A stretch of DNA of 64,000 bases from Pseudobdellovibrionaceae bacterium (GTDB lineage: Bacteria > Bdellovibrionota > Bdellovibrionia > Bdellovibrionales > JAMPXM01). The stretch lies in the NCBI GenBank assembly GCA_947462815.1, contig CANHQR010000012.1, positions 8,095 through 72,094 on the forward strand, given 5' to 3'. A program made the translations under genes and the position numbers. Below the pieces are notes generated by a model. The model was given only the letters and a program-made list of their open reading frames with translations, was not told the origin of the DNA and did not search any database. This document shows, in pieces, positions 1 to 10,579 of this stretch (position 1 is its first letter; each line of letters begins with the position of its first letter).

Positions 1-2516
1 TCGCACCCAGAGAGTAATAAATCGTGTCGCCTCGAACTGTGAACTTAAACGAGCTATGATTGACGTGCGGAGGCTCGACGCGAATCTTGTGAGCTTGAGC
101 GTCCTTGACATACCGAACCACGTTGTCGGTGTTCGACATTTCGGTCGACAAGAGTGCCGCGTAAAACTCGACAGGATAGTATCTTTTGATCCATGCCGTC
201 TGGGCGCTGACAACGCAATAAGCAGCTGCGTGCGACTTGTTGAAGCCGTAATTGGCAAATTTCTCCATCAATTCAAAGAGCTGTCCACTCTTTGTACGAT
301 CGAATCCATTTCGCTCAGCGCCCTCAAGAAAGCGCGCCTTCTGCTTCGCCATCTCTTCGGCTATCTTCTTACCCATCGCTCTTCGCAACATATCGGCTTC
401 GCCAAGCGAGTAGCTCGCGATCCTCGATGCGATGGCCATGACCTGTTCTTGGTAGACGATGATGCCGTAGGTCTCTTTCAAAATAGGTTCGAGTTCAGGA
501 AACAAGTACTCGACCGCCTCTTCCCCGTGCATCTTCCGCGTGTAGTCCGGGATCATATCCATTGGACCTGGTCGATAGAGAGCGTTGATCGCGGTGATGT
601 CCTCAAAGCACCGAGGCTTAATCGACTTCACCGCATTGGTGATGCCCTCACCTTCGAACTGAAATACGCCCAGCAAGTCACCGCGCGACATCAAATCATA
701 GATGCCCTTATCGTGGATCGGAATCTCCTGAGGACGGAGGTCGCGTCCGCGATTCTCGCGAATTAAATCCAAGGCGTTCTTGATATGTGTGAGCGTCTTG
801 AGGCCGAGGAAGTCGAACTTAATCAGACCGATCTTCTCGGCCCACTTCATATCAAACTGCACGACACGTTCGTCGTCAGCACCTCGACAAAGAGGCGCAT
901 ATGTCACAAGGGGCGCATCGCCGATCACAACCCCAGCGGCGTGAATACCCGCATTCCGAACCAGGCCTTCAATCTTCAAGGCGAGCTCGATGAGGTTTGC
1001 GATCTGAGGGTTCTGCTCCATCTGCTCGCGTAAACGCGGCTCAGCCTCAAGGGCTTCGGTGATGCTGATTCCCAACTTCTCTGGAACAAGCTTCGTGACG
1101 GCATCGACATCAGCGAAGCTCATGCCGAGCACTCGGCCGACGTCTTTGATGGCAGCCCGAGTTTGTAGTTTACCATAGGTGATAATCTGCGAAACGTTGG
1201 CCTCACCATAGCGTTCCGTCACGTACTGAATGACTTCCTGGCGACGATCTTGGCAGAAGTCGATATCGAAGTCGGGCATCGAAATCCGTTCAGGGTTCAA
1301 AAAGCGCTCGAAGAGCAAAGAGTACGGAATGGGATCGAGATCCGTGATTCGCAGACAATAAGCAACCAAAGATCCGGCGCCCGATCCGCGCCCGGGACCT
1401 ACGGGAATACCCTGCGACTTCGCCCAATTGATGAAGTCTTGGACGATCAAAAAGTAGCTGGTGAAGCCCATCTTATCGATCACACCCAATTCATATTCGA
1501 GTCGATCCGTATAGGCTGAGCGATTACCGGAGGTGATGGGATGTTCGCTTTGCGCCGACTCTCGCGCACGCTCCTCAAGTCCTTCGAAAACTTTCTGGCG
1601 TATCAAGTCCTGCGGAGTCTTACCGTCGTCAGAGGTGAAGTAGGGCAAGTGATAGATGGCCTTGCCCGTATCATCCTTCAGTTTGAATTTCACATCGCAC
1701 TTTTCAGCGATTTCCAGCGTGCGATCACAAGCATCGGGGAGATCATGAAAGAGCGCCCGCATTTCGTCTGAAGATTTAAAATAGAACTGGTCGCTCCCCA
1801 AACGAAAGCGCGACTCATCGTGCAGGGTTTTGTTAGACCCAATGCAAATCAAAACCTCTTGAGCGATCTGGTCGCTTTGATCCAAATAGTGAACATTATT
1901 GGTCGCAACCAGCGGAACACCCGTAATCCGCGAAGCTTCTTGAAGGAAAGGCCCGAAATCGGCCCATTCCGGCGTTCCTGTCCGGGAAATCTCCAAATAC
2001 AAGTTTTCGCCGTAGATTTCATGAAGCTCGCGAATGCAAGCGAGGGCGGCATCAGGTCCGTTATGCCGAAATGCGTGAGCGACCTCGCCTTGGCTTCCTC
2101 CGGTTAAAGCGATTAAGTTTTCCGAATATCGCTTCAACACATCGCGATCAATCCGAGGCTTGTAGTAAAAACCCTCGTGAAATCCGATCGTCGATATTTC
2201 ACAGAGACCCTGATAACCTTTGAAGTCTTTTGCCAGCAGAACGATCCGACGATTGGGCATTTGCGCGGCTTCTCGGTCTTCACCCTTTACAAATCGAGTC
2301 TTGGGCGCGACATAAGCATCCAGCCCGAGTATGGGCCGAATCCCAAAGTCTTTCGCCGTGAAGTAGAACTCTGCCGCTCCATAAAGATTGCCGTTATCTG
2401 TCAAAGCGACGGCCGGCATTCCCAGCTTCTGTGTGCGCTCACAGAGCTTCTTGATTCGAATGCTGGCTTCGAGCATCGAATACTGGGAATGAACGTGGAG
2501 GTGAACGAAAGACATG
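1..2516 (-). CDS. dnaE: DNA polymerase III alpha subunit, N-terminal ~838 codons (3' end lies beyond the left window edge)
   Basis: Absent from the ORF track because it has no stop inside the window. The reverse complement from the ATG at 2516-2514 reads MSFVHLHVHSQYSMLEASIRIKKLCE (PHP-domain N-terminus). It stays open to position 1 with DnaE motifs KFDFLGLKTL, GIHAAGVVIGD, YRPGPMDMIP and YGFNKSHAAAY. The plus-strand ORFs at 56-2530 are antisense artefacts. Confidence 0.95.
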
Positions 2517-2697
2517 CTCTAGATTCTTAGCGCAAAGCCTTGCCTAGGTGATGGAAAATCTGCCGATCCTACATCAACTGTTCACAAATTGAGCAGAGAT
2601 TCACCATGACGTCGCCTGGGCGACCTGGCATCAAAACCAAAAGCGCTGCGCCGCATTAACCTCTGCGTCACACTACATAAGGAGCCCAGATAGCGAG

Positions 2698-2931
2698 TCA
2701 GAGAATACGAAAGTCCCGCATCGTCGCATGGTCCTCGTGCTCGAGGTTGTGGCAATGAAACAAGAAATCCCCACTGTGCGAATTGAATCGTTTGATGAGG
2801 CGCACGCGATCGCCGGGCAAGAGCAACACTGTATCTTTCCAACCTGAATCGAAGGCGCCGGAGAATGAGCCCGACGCGCGACTCAAAACTTGAAAGCTCG
2901 AACCCAAGTGTTTTGGGCCATTCACTCCCAT
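2698..2931 (-). pseudogene. Multicopper oxidase C-terminal remnant (last ~55 residues only)
   Basis: The ORF ends ...SGWKDTVLLLPGDRVRLIKRFNSHSGDFLFHCHNLEHEDHATMRDFRIL. GWKDTV and HCHxxxHED are the C-terminal copper-site block of multicopper oxidases. The usual GMM is ATM here. The rest of the enzyme is missing, and the 5' end overlaps the guaA stop region. Confidence 0.6.
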
Positions 2932-4484
2932 TCGATCGTGCCGGGAGGCTTCGAGGTGACATCGTAAACCACACGGTTGATCCCCTTCACCTGATTGGTG
3001 ATCCGGTTTGAGACTTCGCGCAAGAACGCAAAATCAAAGGGGTACCAGTCAGCGGTCATGCCATCGGTCGACGTCACAGCTCGCAACGCCAACACCCGGT
3101 CGTAAGTGCGACCATCACCCATCACGCCCACAGTGTGCACAGGCAACAGGACACAAAAGGCCTGCCAAGTTTTGTCGTACAGGCCCTTCTCTCGAAGCGC
3201 GGAAATGTAAACATGATCGGCCGCACGAATGAGATCCAACTTCTCTTTCGTGACTTCTCCAATACATCGAATCGCGAGACCCGGGCCCGGAAACGGATGA
3301 CGCCAAAGTACATCACGCGGCAAATCCAACTCGAGGCCGATCGCGCGAACTTCATCTTTGAAAAGTTCGCGAAGCGGCTCGACCAATCGCATTTTCATTT
3401 TCTCTGGCAAGCCCCCCACGTTGTGGTGAGATTTGATGGTGACCGAGGCTCCCCGTGGACTGACCGACTCAATGACGTCCGGATACAAGGTTCCTTGGGC
3501 CAACCATTCATAATGCACGCCCGATCGGCCTGCAGCTTCTTGAAACACTTCAATGAAGACGCGCCCAATCGCCTTGCGTTTCGCTTCCGGATCCTCGAGG
3601 CCCCGCAAGGCATCTAAAAACTGAGCTTCCGCATCAACGCCCGTCACATTGAGGCCGATCCGCTGGTATTGGGAGAGGACTTGATTGTACTCTTCGTGGC
3701 GCAAAAGACCGTTGTTCACGAACACGCAGTGAACACGATCCGCGCCGAGCGCCTCGGTGAGCAGCGTGGCCACGACTGTGGAGTCAACTCCACCCGACAA
3801 ACCACACAGCACGTGATCAGTTTCACCAACTCGGGCACGAACCCCGTCGAGCAAGTGCTGAACGATTGAACCTGAGTTCCAGGTCGGCTGAGCGCCGCAA
3901 AGTTGAAAAACAAAATCGCGAAGAATTTCAATTCCGGCTTGGGTGTGATGCACCTCCGGATGGAATTGCACAGCCCAAGCTCGATCGCCCTTTAAAGCAG
4001 CCGCGTGCCCGGTCTCCGACTTCGCAACAATTCGAAATCCAGGAGGCGGAACCTTCACGACATCGCCGTGACTCATCCACACGCGCTGACGAAGTGGCAC
4101 ACGTGCAGAGAGCGGATCTTCCCAATCCACGCCACAGTCACCGTACTCACGATGATGCGCGGACTCGACAACTCCGCCCAAGTTCTTGGCGATCAATTGC
4201 ATGCCGTAGCAAATTCCTAAAAGTGGCGCGATTTCTCGAAGCTCCGCCACATCAGCTTGCGGACTGTCGGCTTCATGGACCGAAGACGGTCCGCCACTGA
4301 GGATGATTCCTCGCGGTCGACGCGCTCGAATCTCTTCAAGCGGTGTATCAAAAGGCAAGAGCTCCGAAAAAACCTGTAGCTCTCGCAAGCGTCGCGCGAT
4401 CAACTGCGTAAGCTGACTGCCGAAGTCGAGAACGACGAATCCACCTTCCACTCGCTGATTCCAACCCGAATTGATCGTGCTCAT
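2922..4484 (-). CDS. guaA: GMP synthase (glutamine-hydrolysing)
   Basis: 520 aa. GATase block GICYGMQL...HPEV, ATP-PPase block LSGGVDSTV, C-terminus ...KPPGTIEWE. Confidence 0.97.
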   Translation of the reverse strand: MSTINSGWNQRVEGGFVVLDFGSQLTQLIARRLRELQVFSELLPFDTPLEEIRARRPRGIILSGGPSSVHEADSPQADVAELREIAPLLGICYGMQLIAKNLGGVVESAHHREYGDCGVDWEDPLSARVPLRQRVWMSHGDVVKVPPPGFRIVAKSETGHAAALKGDRAWAVQFHPEVHHTQAGIEILRDFVFQLCGAQPTWNSGSIVQHLLDGVRARVGETDHVLCGLSGGVDSTVVATLLTEALGADRVHCVFVNNGLLRHEEYNQVLSQYQRIGLNVTGVDAEAQFLDALRGLEDPEAKRKAIGRVFIEVFQEAAGRSGVHYEWLAQGTLYPDVIESVSPRGASVTIKSHHNVGGLPEKMKMRLVEPLRELFKDEVRAIGLELDLPRDVLWRHPFPGPGLAIRCIGEVTKEKLDLIRAADHVYISALREKGLYDKTWQAFCVLLPVHTVGVMGDGRTYDRVLALRAVTSTDGMTADWYPFDFAFLREVSNRITNQVKGINRVVYDVTSKPPGTIEWE

Positions 4485-4486
4485 GG

Positions 4487-5956
4487 CTACTCCAGTCGAT
4501 AGTTCGGCGCTTCTTTGGTGATGCTGACGTCGTGCACATGTGATTCTTTGAGCCCTGCCGTCGAAATCTGCACAAAGCGCGCGCGCTCCTGCAGGTCTGC
4601 GATACTCGCCGCACCCATGTAACCCATGCCGCTTTTCACCCCACCCAAAAGCTGATGTAAAAGCACAGAGGCTGAGCCCTTGTAAGGAACTCGACCTTCG
4701 ATGCCTTCGGGCACGAGTTTGTCGAAGTCATGGACATCGCCTTGGAAATAGCGATCCTTTGAACCCTTGGCCATAGCGCCCAACGAACCCATCCCTCGAT
4801 AAACTTTGTAGGTGCGTCCCTGGTAGAGCAAGCTCTCTCCTGGCGACTCATCACAGCCCGCCAAGAGATTGCCAATCATCACCGATGAGGCCCCCAGCGC
4901 CAGAGCTTTGGTGATATCTCCCGAGAACTTCACGCCGCCATCCGCGATGATGCTGGCTTTCAGCTTTTTCGCCGCGGCCGAGCACTCCATGACCGCCGAG
5001 ATCTGCGGCATCCCGACGCCCGCGACCACGCGAGTTGTGCAGATGGAGCCCGGACCGATGCCAACCTTGACCACATCGGCACCCTTTCTCACCAGCGCCT
5101 CAGTCGCTTCGGCCGTCACCACGTTACCGGCCGCAATGATCACATCCGGGAACTGCTTTCGCGCCCAACCCACCATATCCAAGACATTCTTCGAGTGTCC
5201 GTGAGCAGTATCGATGACGAGGACGTCAACGCCTGCGGCCACGAGAGCTTGCGATCGCTCTCGCGAAGTCACATCCACACCAACCGCAGCTCCGACACAC
5301 AAACGTCCATGCTGATCTTTAGTGGCCGTGGGATATTCTTTGGCCTTCTCAATGTCTTTGATGGTGATGAGACCTTTGAGACGGCCTTGCTGATCGACGA
5401 TCGGAAGCTTCTCGATTCGATGGCGCTGCAAGATCGCTTTCGCCTTTTCGAGAGTGGTGCCCACTTCCGCTGTCACGAGCTGATCCTTCTTGGTCATCAC
5501 ATTCTCGATTGGCTGATCGACATTGGTCTCAAAACGTAGATCGCGGTTGGTGAGAATACCCACGAGCATTCCATCGATCGAGATAGGCACGCCAGAAATT
5601 GAATAGCGACGCATCATTTCCAGCGCATCGCTCACCTTTTTTGTCGGCGGCAACGTGATCGGATCGCGAATCATTCCCGATTCGTATTTCTTAACACGCT
5701 CCACCTCGAGGGCCTGCTCGTCGATCGAAAGGTTCTTATGAATGATGCCGAGGCCACCGTTTTGAGCCATCACTCTCGCCATCTTGTTTTCTGTGACTGT
5801 ATCCATCGCTGCCGAAATGATCGGCGAATGCAGCCAAAGATCGCGAGCAAAATGTGACTTGGTGGTTACTTGGCTCGGAATCACTTCCGAGTATTGCGGA
5901 ACCAAGAGAATGTCATCAAAGGTCAGCGCGAATTGAATATCAGAATTCGGTCTCAT
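4487..5956 (-). CDS. guaB: IMP dehydrogenase
   Basis: 489 aa. ...[15 protein letters not shown]..., a CBS pair, catalytic [11 protein letters not shown], ...[11 protein letters not shown]. Lies 2 nt upstream of guaA. Confidence 0.97.
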   Translation of the reverse strand: MRPNSDIQFALTFDDILLVPQYSEVIPSQVTTKSHFARDLWLHSPIISAAMDTVTENKMARVMAQNGGLGIIHKNLSIDEQALEVERVKKYESGMIRDPITLPPTKKVSDALEMMRRYSISGVPISIDGMLVGILTNRDLRFETNVDQPIENVMTKKDQLVTAEVGTTLEKAKAILQRHRIEKLPIVDQQGRLKGLITIKDIEKAKEYPTATKDQHGRLCVGAAVGVDVTSRERSQALVAAGVDVLVIDTAHGHSKNVLDMVGWARKQFPDVIIAAGNVVTAEATEALVRKGADVVKVGIGPGSICTTRVVAGVGMPQISAVMECSAAAKKLKASIIADGGVKFSGDITKALALGASSVMIGNLLAGCDESPGESLLYQGRTYKVYRGMGSLGAMAKGSKDRYFQGDVHDFDKLVPEGIEGRVPYKGSASVLLHQLLGGVKSGMGYMGAASIADLQERARFVQISTAGLKESHVHDVSITKEAPNYRLE

Positions 5957-6510
5957 GGCCGTGCTCCGTAGCTTGTGGGATTCAAGTACCAGTCTTTGTA
6001 ACGCAGATAATTGTCCGCGGATTGATTCAGAAAGGCGAGCTCTTCGGGCGTCAATTTGCGCTTAGCCTTGGCGGGTCGACCAAGAATCAACCAACCCTCT
6101 TCCTCGAAGTTAAAACCTTCGGTCACTAAGGAGCCCGCACCGACGATACTGCGCGCTGGGATCCGCGCGCCGTCCATGATCGTTGAGCCCATGCCGATGA
6201 GGCATAAATCGCCAATTTGACAGCCGTGGAGCATGACCATATGGCCAATCGTCACGCGACGACCAATTGTCGCAAAGGCCTTTTTGTAGGTTCCGTGAAT
6301 GACACTTCCGTCTTGAATATTGGTCTCATCACCAATGACGATGGGACCGACATCGCCACGAAGAACGCTCGAAAACCAAATCGAACAGTCTTTGCCGACT
6401 TTCACATCGCCGATCAGAGCGGCCGATGGCGCGACAAAAGTCCCAGAACCAATTTCAGGCGTATAGCCAAGAAGCGGGAGAAAGATCGGGGGCATGATGG
6501 TAGACTTCAT
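5953..6510 (-). CDS. Gamma-carbonic-anhydrase-like / hexapeptide-repeat protein (YrdA/PaaY family)
   Basis: 185 aa. Left-handed beta-helix hexapeptide pattern ([40 protein letters not shown]...[14 protein letters not shown]). 4-nt ATGA overlap with the guaB start. Confidence 0.85.
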   Translation of the reverse strand: MKSTIMPPIFLPLLGYTPEIGSGTFVAPSAALIGDVKVGKDCSIWFSSVLRGDVGPIVIGDETNIQDGSVIHGTYKKAFATIGRRVTIGHMVMLHGCQIGDLCLIGMGSTIMDGARIPARSIVGAGSLVTEGFNFEEEGWLILGRPAKAKRKLTPEELAFLNQSADNYLRYKDWYLNPTSYGARP

Positions 6511-6520
6511 GCCTTGGGAA

Positions 6521-7204
6521 TCACATCATGTAGCGCGTCTTTTTGCCAAGCATTTCGCTATCATCGTCATTTTCTTCATCATCAGAGTTCAATTCAGGAA
6601 AAGCCTGCACAATTTCACCGGGACTCATGCCTTCCTGAAGCGTTTCAATCTCTTGGTTGAGGACCCGGCAGTCCCGCATGAAGTCTTTCATGCTGAAAAA
6701 ACGCGCTCGAAGTGCCAAGCAGAAGCTCATCGCTTCGTCGACCCGGAGACGCAAGCCCTCTCGGAGCCATGTCGCTACGAGCGGCGACGTGCAGGAGAAC
6801 TCGATCTTGCAATACTGATGGTGCCCCACCCTCTCAGCGATAAAGCACCGAACCTCGGAGACCCCTAAGCGCTCACACAGAGCGATCAGCCCGACATGGG
6901 GCGATCCCTCACCGCCCTGAGAGAGCTGATTCAGACTAACGCCCGCATCTAAGCCCCCCATCCAAACAGGCAGCACCTCGGTTTGATCTGTAGTCTTCAA
7001 AAGCAAGACCGGACGAATAGAACCGGGCGCAAGCACAACGCCTGTTGGGAACAATTCCATCCAAGAATCCTGAGGCAAGGTCGCGTGAGGCCCTGGATGG
7101 GCCAAGGGGCCACCGCGACGGCGCGATGGCTTGGCCTTCGATTTGGCCGTGGACTTGGGAGGACGAGCTTGATTTTGAGCGTCTGAACCTGTGTCGCCGC
7201 TCAC
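6521..7204 (-). CDS. DUF151 (bifunctional-nuclease-like) domain protein with basic N-terminus and acidic C-terminus
   Basis: 227 aa. Core ...RPVLLLKTTDQTEVLPVWMGGLDAGVSL...GLIALCERLGVSEVRCFIAERVGHHQYCKIEF...LRVDEAMSFCLALRARFF follows the DUF151/BFN pattern. 4-nt overlap with the miaB stop. Confidence 0.5.
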   Translation of the reverse strand: MSGDTGSDAQNQARPPKSTAKSKAKPSRRRGGPLAHPGPHATLPQDSWMELFPTGVVLAPGSIRPVLLLKTTDQTEVLPVWMGGLDAGVSLNQLSQGGEGSPHVGLIALCERLGVSEVRCFIAERVGHHQYCKIEFSCTSPLVATWLREGLRLRVDEAMSFCLALRARFFSMKDFMRDCRVLNQEIETLQEGMSPGEIVQAFPELNSDDEENDDDSEMLGKKTRYMM

Positions 7205-8553
7205 GCCATAACCTCGTGCGGACTCAGCACGACCTCTCCCCGCAGCACATTCGGAAAGGCTTTAAGAATTCGAACCGGAAGTGTCTGACCGATGATCGTG
7301 GGTTCAGCATCGACAAAGACAATTTTGTTTTTCGTGGTTCGGCCCTGAATCTGGCCCTTGAGATCCGTCTCACGCTCGAACAGCACCTCGAACACCTGCC
7401 CGTCGTCATGTCGGGCTAAATCAAATGCAATTTCGCGTTGAAGCTTCAGCAAAATATCGAGACGGCGCTGCTTTTCCTCGGGCGGCAACTGATCCGGCCA
7501 TCGCGCCGCTTTTGTGAATGGCCGAGGGCTATAATTGAACGCGTAGATATTGTCGTAGCGAACCTCTTCGACCAGAGTTCGGGTGTCTTCAAACTGCGCT
7601 TCGGTTTCCCCAGGAAAACCGACGATGAGATCCGTCGACAACACCACGCCCGGAATACCCTCGCGAATCATTCGCACCTTCTCGAGGTACTCTTCACGCG
7701 TATAACCACGATTCATCCGCGCCAAGACTTCCGAGTTCCCGCTTTGCGCCGGTAAATGGATGTAGTCGCAAATTTTCGAGCGATAACGAGCCGAAACATC
7801 CACCAGCTCTTGATTGAAGTCTTTGGGATGCGAAGTGGTGTAGCGAATTCGCTGAATGTCAGTATCTTCCGCAATCGCCTTCAAGAGATGGGCGAAGTTC
7901 TCCCCACCCTCACTTTTGTAGGAATTGACGTTTTGTCCAAGCAAAGTCACTTCCTTGACTCCGCGAGCCGCCAAAGCCCGGATGTCTTTGATCAACTCTC
8001 CGAGATCCCGCGATCGCTCGCGTCCACGCGTATAGGGCACCACACAAAAGGTACAGAAATTGTCGCAACCCTTCATGATGTTCACAAAAACCGACACACC
8101 CGGATTTCGAACCATGGTCTCAACACTGTAAGGTCGATCGTGTTCAAAGCGCGCAGAGACCTGCTTTTCCCCGCTCAAATAGGCTCTTGCGACCAATTCA
8201 GGAAGTTGGTCAATGGCATCTGTCCCGAAGACGAAATCCAAAAGCGGGATATCTTTAAGCAGCTTGTCCTTTTCCTGTTGAGCGACACAACCGCCAACGC
8301 CGATTTTGAGTGAGGCGTTTTTCTCCTTCAATTCGCGATATCGACCCACTTCCGAGTGAATCTTGTGGACGGGCTTCTCGCGAACCGAGCAGGAGTTCAA
8401 AATGATGAGATCGGCCCTGTCAGGAGACTCGACGGGTACAAAATTCACCATCTCCAGGAGACTCAACATTCTCTCTGTGTCATTGACGTTCATCTGACAG
8501 CCATAGGTTGAGATATAAACGCCCCGACCCTGACCCAAGTTTTGATTTAGCAC
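7201..8553 (-). CDS. miaB: tRNA-2-methylthio-N6-dimethylallyladenosine synthase
   Basis: 450 aa. YISTYGCQMNVNDTERM (UPF0004 cluster), radical-SAM CDNFCTFCVVPYTRG, C-terminal TRAM-like region. Confidence 0.93.
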   Translation of the reverse strand: MLNQNLGQGRGVYISTYGCQMNVNDTERMLSLLEMVNFVPVESPDRADLIILNSCSVREKPVHKIHSEVGRYRELKEKNASLKIGVGGCVAQQEKDKLLKDIPLLDFVFGTDAIDQLPELVARAYLSGEKQVSARFEHDRPYSVETMVRNPGVSVFVNIMKGCDNFCTFCVVPYTRGRERSRDLGELIKDIRALAARGVKEVTLLGQNVNSYKSEGGENFAHLLKAIAEDTDIQRIRYTTSHPKDFNQELVDVSARYRSKICDYIHLPAQSGNSEVLARMNRGYTREEYLEKVRMIREGIPGVVLSTDLIVGFPGETEAQFEDTRTLVEEVRYDNIYAFNYSPRPFTKAARWPDQLPPEEKQRRLDILLKLQREIAFDLARHDDGQVFEVLFERETDLKGQIQGRTTKNKIVFVDAEPTIIGQTLPVRILKAFPNVLRGEVVLSPHEVMA

Positions 8554-8752
8554 CTATGAACGCTCCGCATTGCGATCGTGAATCCGACCGGTTATATTGC
8601 CTCGCCAAAGCCGCAGTCAATGAACTGCCGGATTATAGCCCGTGAGGCTCGCCCGTTCGGCCCCCACCGAACACGGGTTCGAGCTTCCTTGCTGCATTCC
8701 CAAGCGCTTTGGACGAGTCGCTCGGCCTCACCGCCGGCAATTGGAGGTCCCT

Positions 8753-9334
8753 TTGCAGCCACGTTTGAGCACATCGAAATCATGGACGGGACTACCCCCT
8801 GAATTCAGTGAAAAAGCCGCTCAGGTGTTTGCCCAAAACTTCCGCGACGAATCTGAGGCCGGCGAGTTTTTGGTTCAGGGGCGCATCTACGCCGACGAAA
8901 TCCTCGTGCAGATCGGCTACCTGCAAAAGGGGCGATTGAAGCAAACGAACTTTGAAGTTTCGGTCGATCACTCACCGAGCGAGAAGGCTATGGACAAGCT
9001 CTTCTTTGCCATCGACGTCCTCGGCGCCGTTTTTGAATCGCACTTTGAGCACCTGCGTGAAGATGACGGCGAAGAGATTGAGTATCCTTTGCGCTGGGAA
9101 GCGCATGAGTTCGACGGCCACCCCGTATTCCTGCGTTACTCAAGCGCCAACACCGCTCTTGAAGCTGAGGCCGACCGACTGCTGGGTCTGGGCGGAAGCT
9201 CTCTCTATAACGACACGGATCCACAAGCGGAGCTGTCGCAGGACGCCCTTTTGCGCGCGGACGTCGACCCCGAGCTGGCCGAACAAGTCTCGCAAGCCAT
9301 TCGCGACGGACGTTTTCGCCCCGTCGAGCACTAA
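8753..9334 (+). CDS. Hypothetical acidic protein (start uncertain)
   Basis: The frame is open from 8642. I favour TTG at 8753, 5 nt after GGAGG (8743-8747), because the upstream residues are Arg/Pro-rich junk. No family recognised. Confidence 0.45.
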   Translation: MQPRLSTSKSWTGLPPEFSEKAAQVFAQNFRDESEAGEFLVQGRIYADEILVQIGYLQKGRLKQTNFEVSVDHSPSEKAMDKLFFAIDVLGAVFESHFEHLREDDGEEIEYPLRWEAHEFDGHPVFLRYSSANTALEAEADRLLGLGGSSLYNDTDPQAELSQDALLRADVDPELAEQVSQAIRDGRFRPVEH

Positions 9335-9484
9335 AGCTTGTAGCTGAGACGGCAAGATTTGCCGAGAGCCGGCTTCTCATCACGAAGGATTATGTAACAG
9401 ATGCGGAAAATAAAAAAACCCCTGTCGCCTTCGCCCAGGAGTTTTCGTTTTCTCCGTTATGGTCGAGCGACCTCGGCTTTGACT

Positions 9485-10471
9485 TCAAAAGCTATCGTCT
9501 TCAGTACGCTCGGTTCCCGCGTCCGACATACGTTGGACTTCGTAGAGATCGCTTTGATTTTCGTCCTCTTCGAATTCCGCTTCGACAGCCGATTCATCAA
9601 TTTCAAGTTCCGCGATGGCGGCCAAGAAATCTTTCTCAACGCGTAAATCCTTACGCAAAATCTCGAGGAATTTATCCGGATAGCGAGCCGTCAATTCTTC
9701 GATGTATCTTTCAAGCTTACCTTCAGAGAGGATCACACGTCGGCTCTGGATATGCTTCCAAAGTTGAATGTAATGGAAGCGGCAGTAAGCATCGCTTTGA
9801 GCCAGCTGGTCGCAATCACGAATTCGGCAAAAGCGCCGGCCATCCGCATCGGTGATCACCAGCTCTTCCGCAGATTCCGCCTCAGCGAGCATCTCCTCTA
9901 GGCTTTGGCCAGGAGGAGGCTGGGGCTTCAACTCAGGCGCAGGCTTGGCCGCGCTACCTGCCGGCATCTTAGATTGATCTTTGCCTGACTTGTCCGCCTT
10001 GGCCGACTTCGTCGTGACGGCCTCAGTCTTCTTCAGCTCCACCTTCTTGCCAGGAACCACCGAGGCGCTTAGCTTTTTTCCGGTTGATCCAGAATCCACG
10101 AGCCCCGTCTTTCCGGAGATCTTACCCGACACGGGCTTCGAATTCGGTTTGCCACTCGATTTCCCCAAGGCGTTCGGATTGAGCTTGGGGGAATTGAGCT
10201 TTGTCTCAGCGTCGGCCTTTTTGACCGCCTTGCCTGCAATCGCTTTCGTTTTGGCATTTTTCACAATTGCCGAAGGATTCGGCTTGGCGGTAGGCTTCGA
10301 GGGCTTTGGCTTCGCGGCCTTGCCCTTGGGCGCCGCCGAGGCCGAGGCTTTTCCGCCTCCAGCTTTGCCGGGCTTGTTCGATGCCGAGGCCTTCATTTTT
10401 CCGGCCGCTTTGCTGTTTTGTTTGCTCGTCGCTTTGCTTGCCTGTTTGCTCGTCGCTTTGCTCATAGGCAC
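9485..10471 (-). CDS. Histone-H1-like K/A/S/P-rich protein with C-terminal CX5CX10CX2H motif and acidic tail
   Basis: 328 aa. The first ~190 aa are low complexity (KATSKQASKATSKQNSKAAGK...AAPKGKAAKPKPSKPTAKP...). Then comes FCRIRDCDQLAQSDAYCRFHY and a helical/acidic C-terminus (EAEFEEDENQSD). Confidence 0.6.
   Translation of the reverse strand: MPMSKATSKQASKATSKQNSKAAGKMKASASNKPGKAGGGKASASAAPKGKAAKPKPSKPTAKPNPSAIVKNAKTKAIAGKAVKKADAETKLNSPKLNPNALGKSSGKPNSKPVSGKISGKTGLVDSGSTGKKLSASVVPGKKVELKKTEAVTTKSAKADKSGKDQSKMPAGSAAKPAPELKPQPPPGQSLEEMLAEAESAEELVITDADGRRFCRIRDCDQLAQSDAYCRFHYIQLWKHIQSRRVILSEGKLERYIEELTARYPDKFLEILRKDLRVEKDFLAAIAELEIDESAVEAEFEEDENQSDLYEVQRMSDAGTERTEDDSF
10420..10462. repeat. 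Direct tandem repeat, 24-bp period (GTTTGCTCGTCGCTTTGCT twice)
   Basis: 19 identical nt at 10420-10438 and 10444-10462. Encodes the duplicated KATSKQxSK unit at the N-terminus of the K/A-rich protein. Confidence 0.9.
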
Positions 10472-10579
10472 CGAAAATCTCAGCCCCCCCGGGCTTTGTC
10501 AAAAGCTCTTCGCCTTGGAATGAGGAAAAATTCTACCTCAGGCTTCGCGGCTGATCATGCCAATATCAGCCCATCACAA

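Noticed and set aside
56-2530. Series of plus-strand ORFs (236, 82, 89, 76, 95, 117 aa) listed in the ORF track
   Set aside because: All lie antisense to an uninterrupted dnaE reading frame with unmistakable DnaE motifs. Their sequences are Arg/Leu/Ser-rich shadow frames with no family features.
2582-2974. 130-aa minus-strand ORF overlapping the multicopper-oxidase remnant
   Set aside because: It is an alternative frame of the same DNA with Arg/Ser/Leu-rich composition. The other frame carries the recognisable GWKDTV/HCHxxxHED block.
9400-9440. Possible bidirectional terminator (A7-CCCCTG...CAGG) between convergent genes
   Set aside because: The stem is only ~4 bp with non-complementary interior, which is too weak to report as a feature.
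9981-10523. 180-aa plus-strand ORF (F/L/A/P-rich)
   Set aside because: It is the mirror image of the K/A-rich gene on the minus strand. GC-rich low-complexity coding DNA keeps the antisense frame open.
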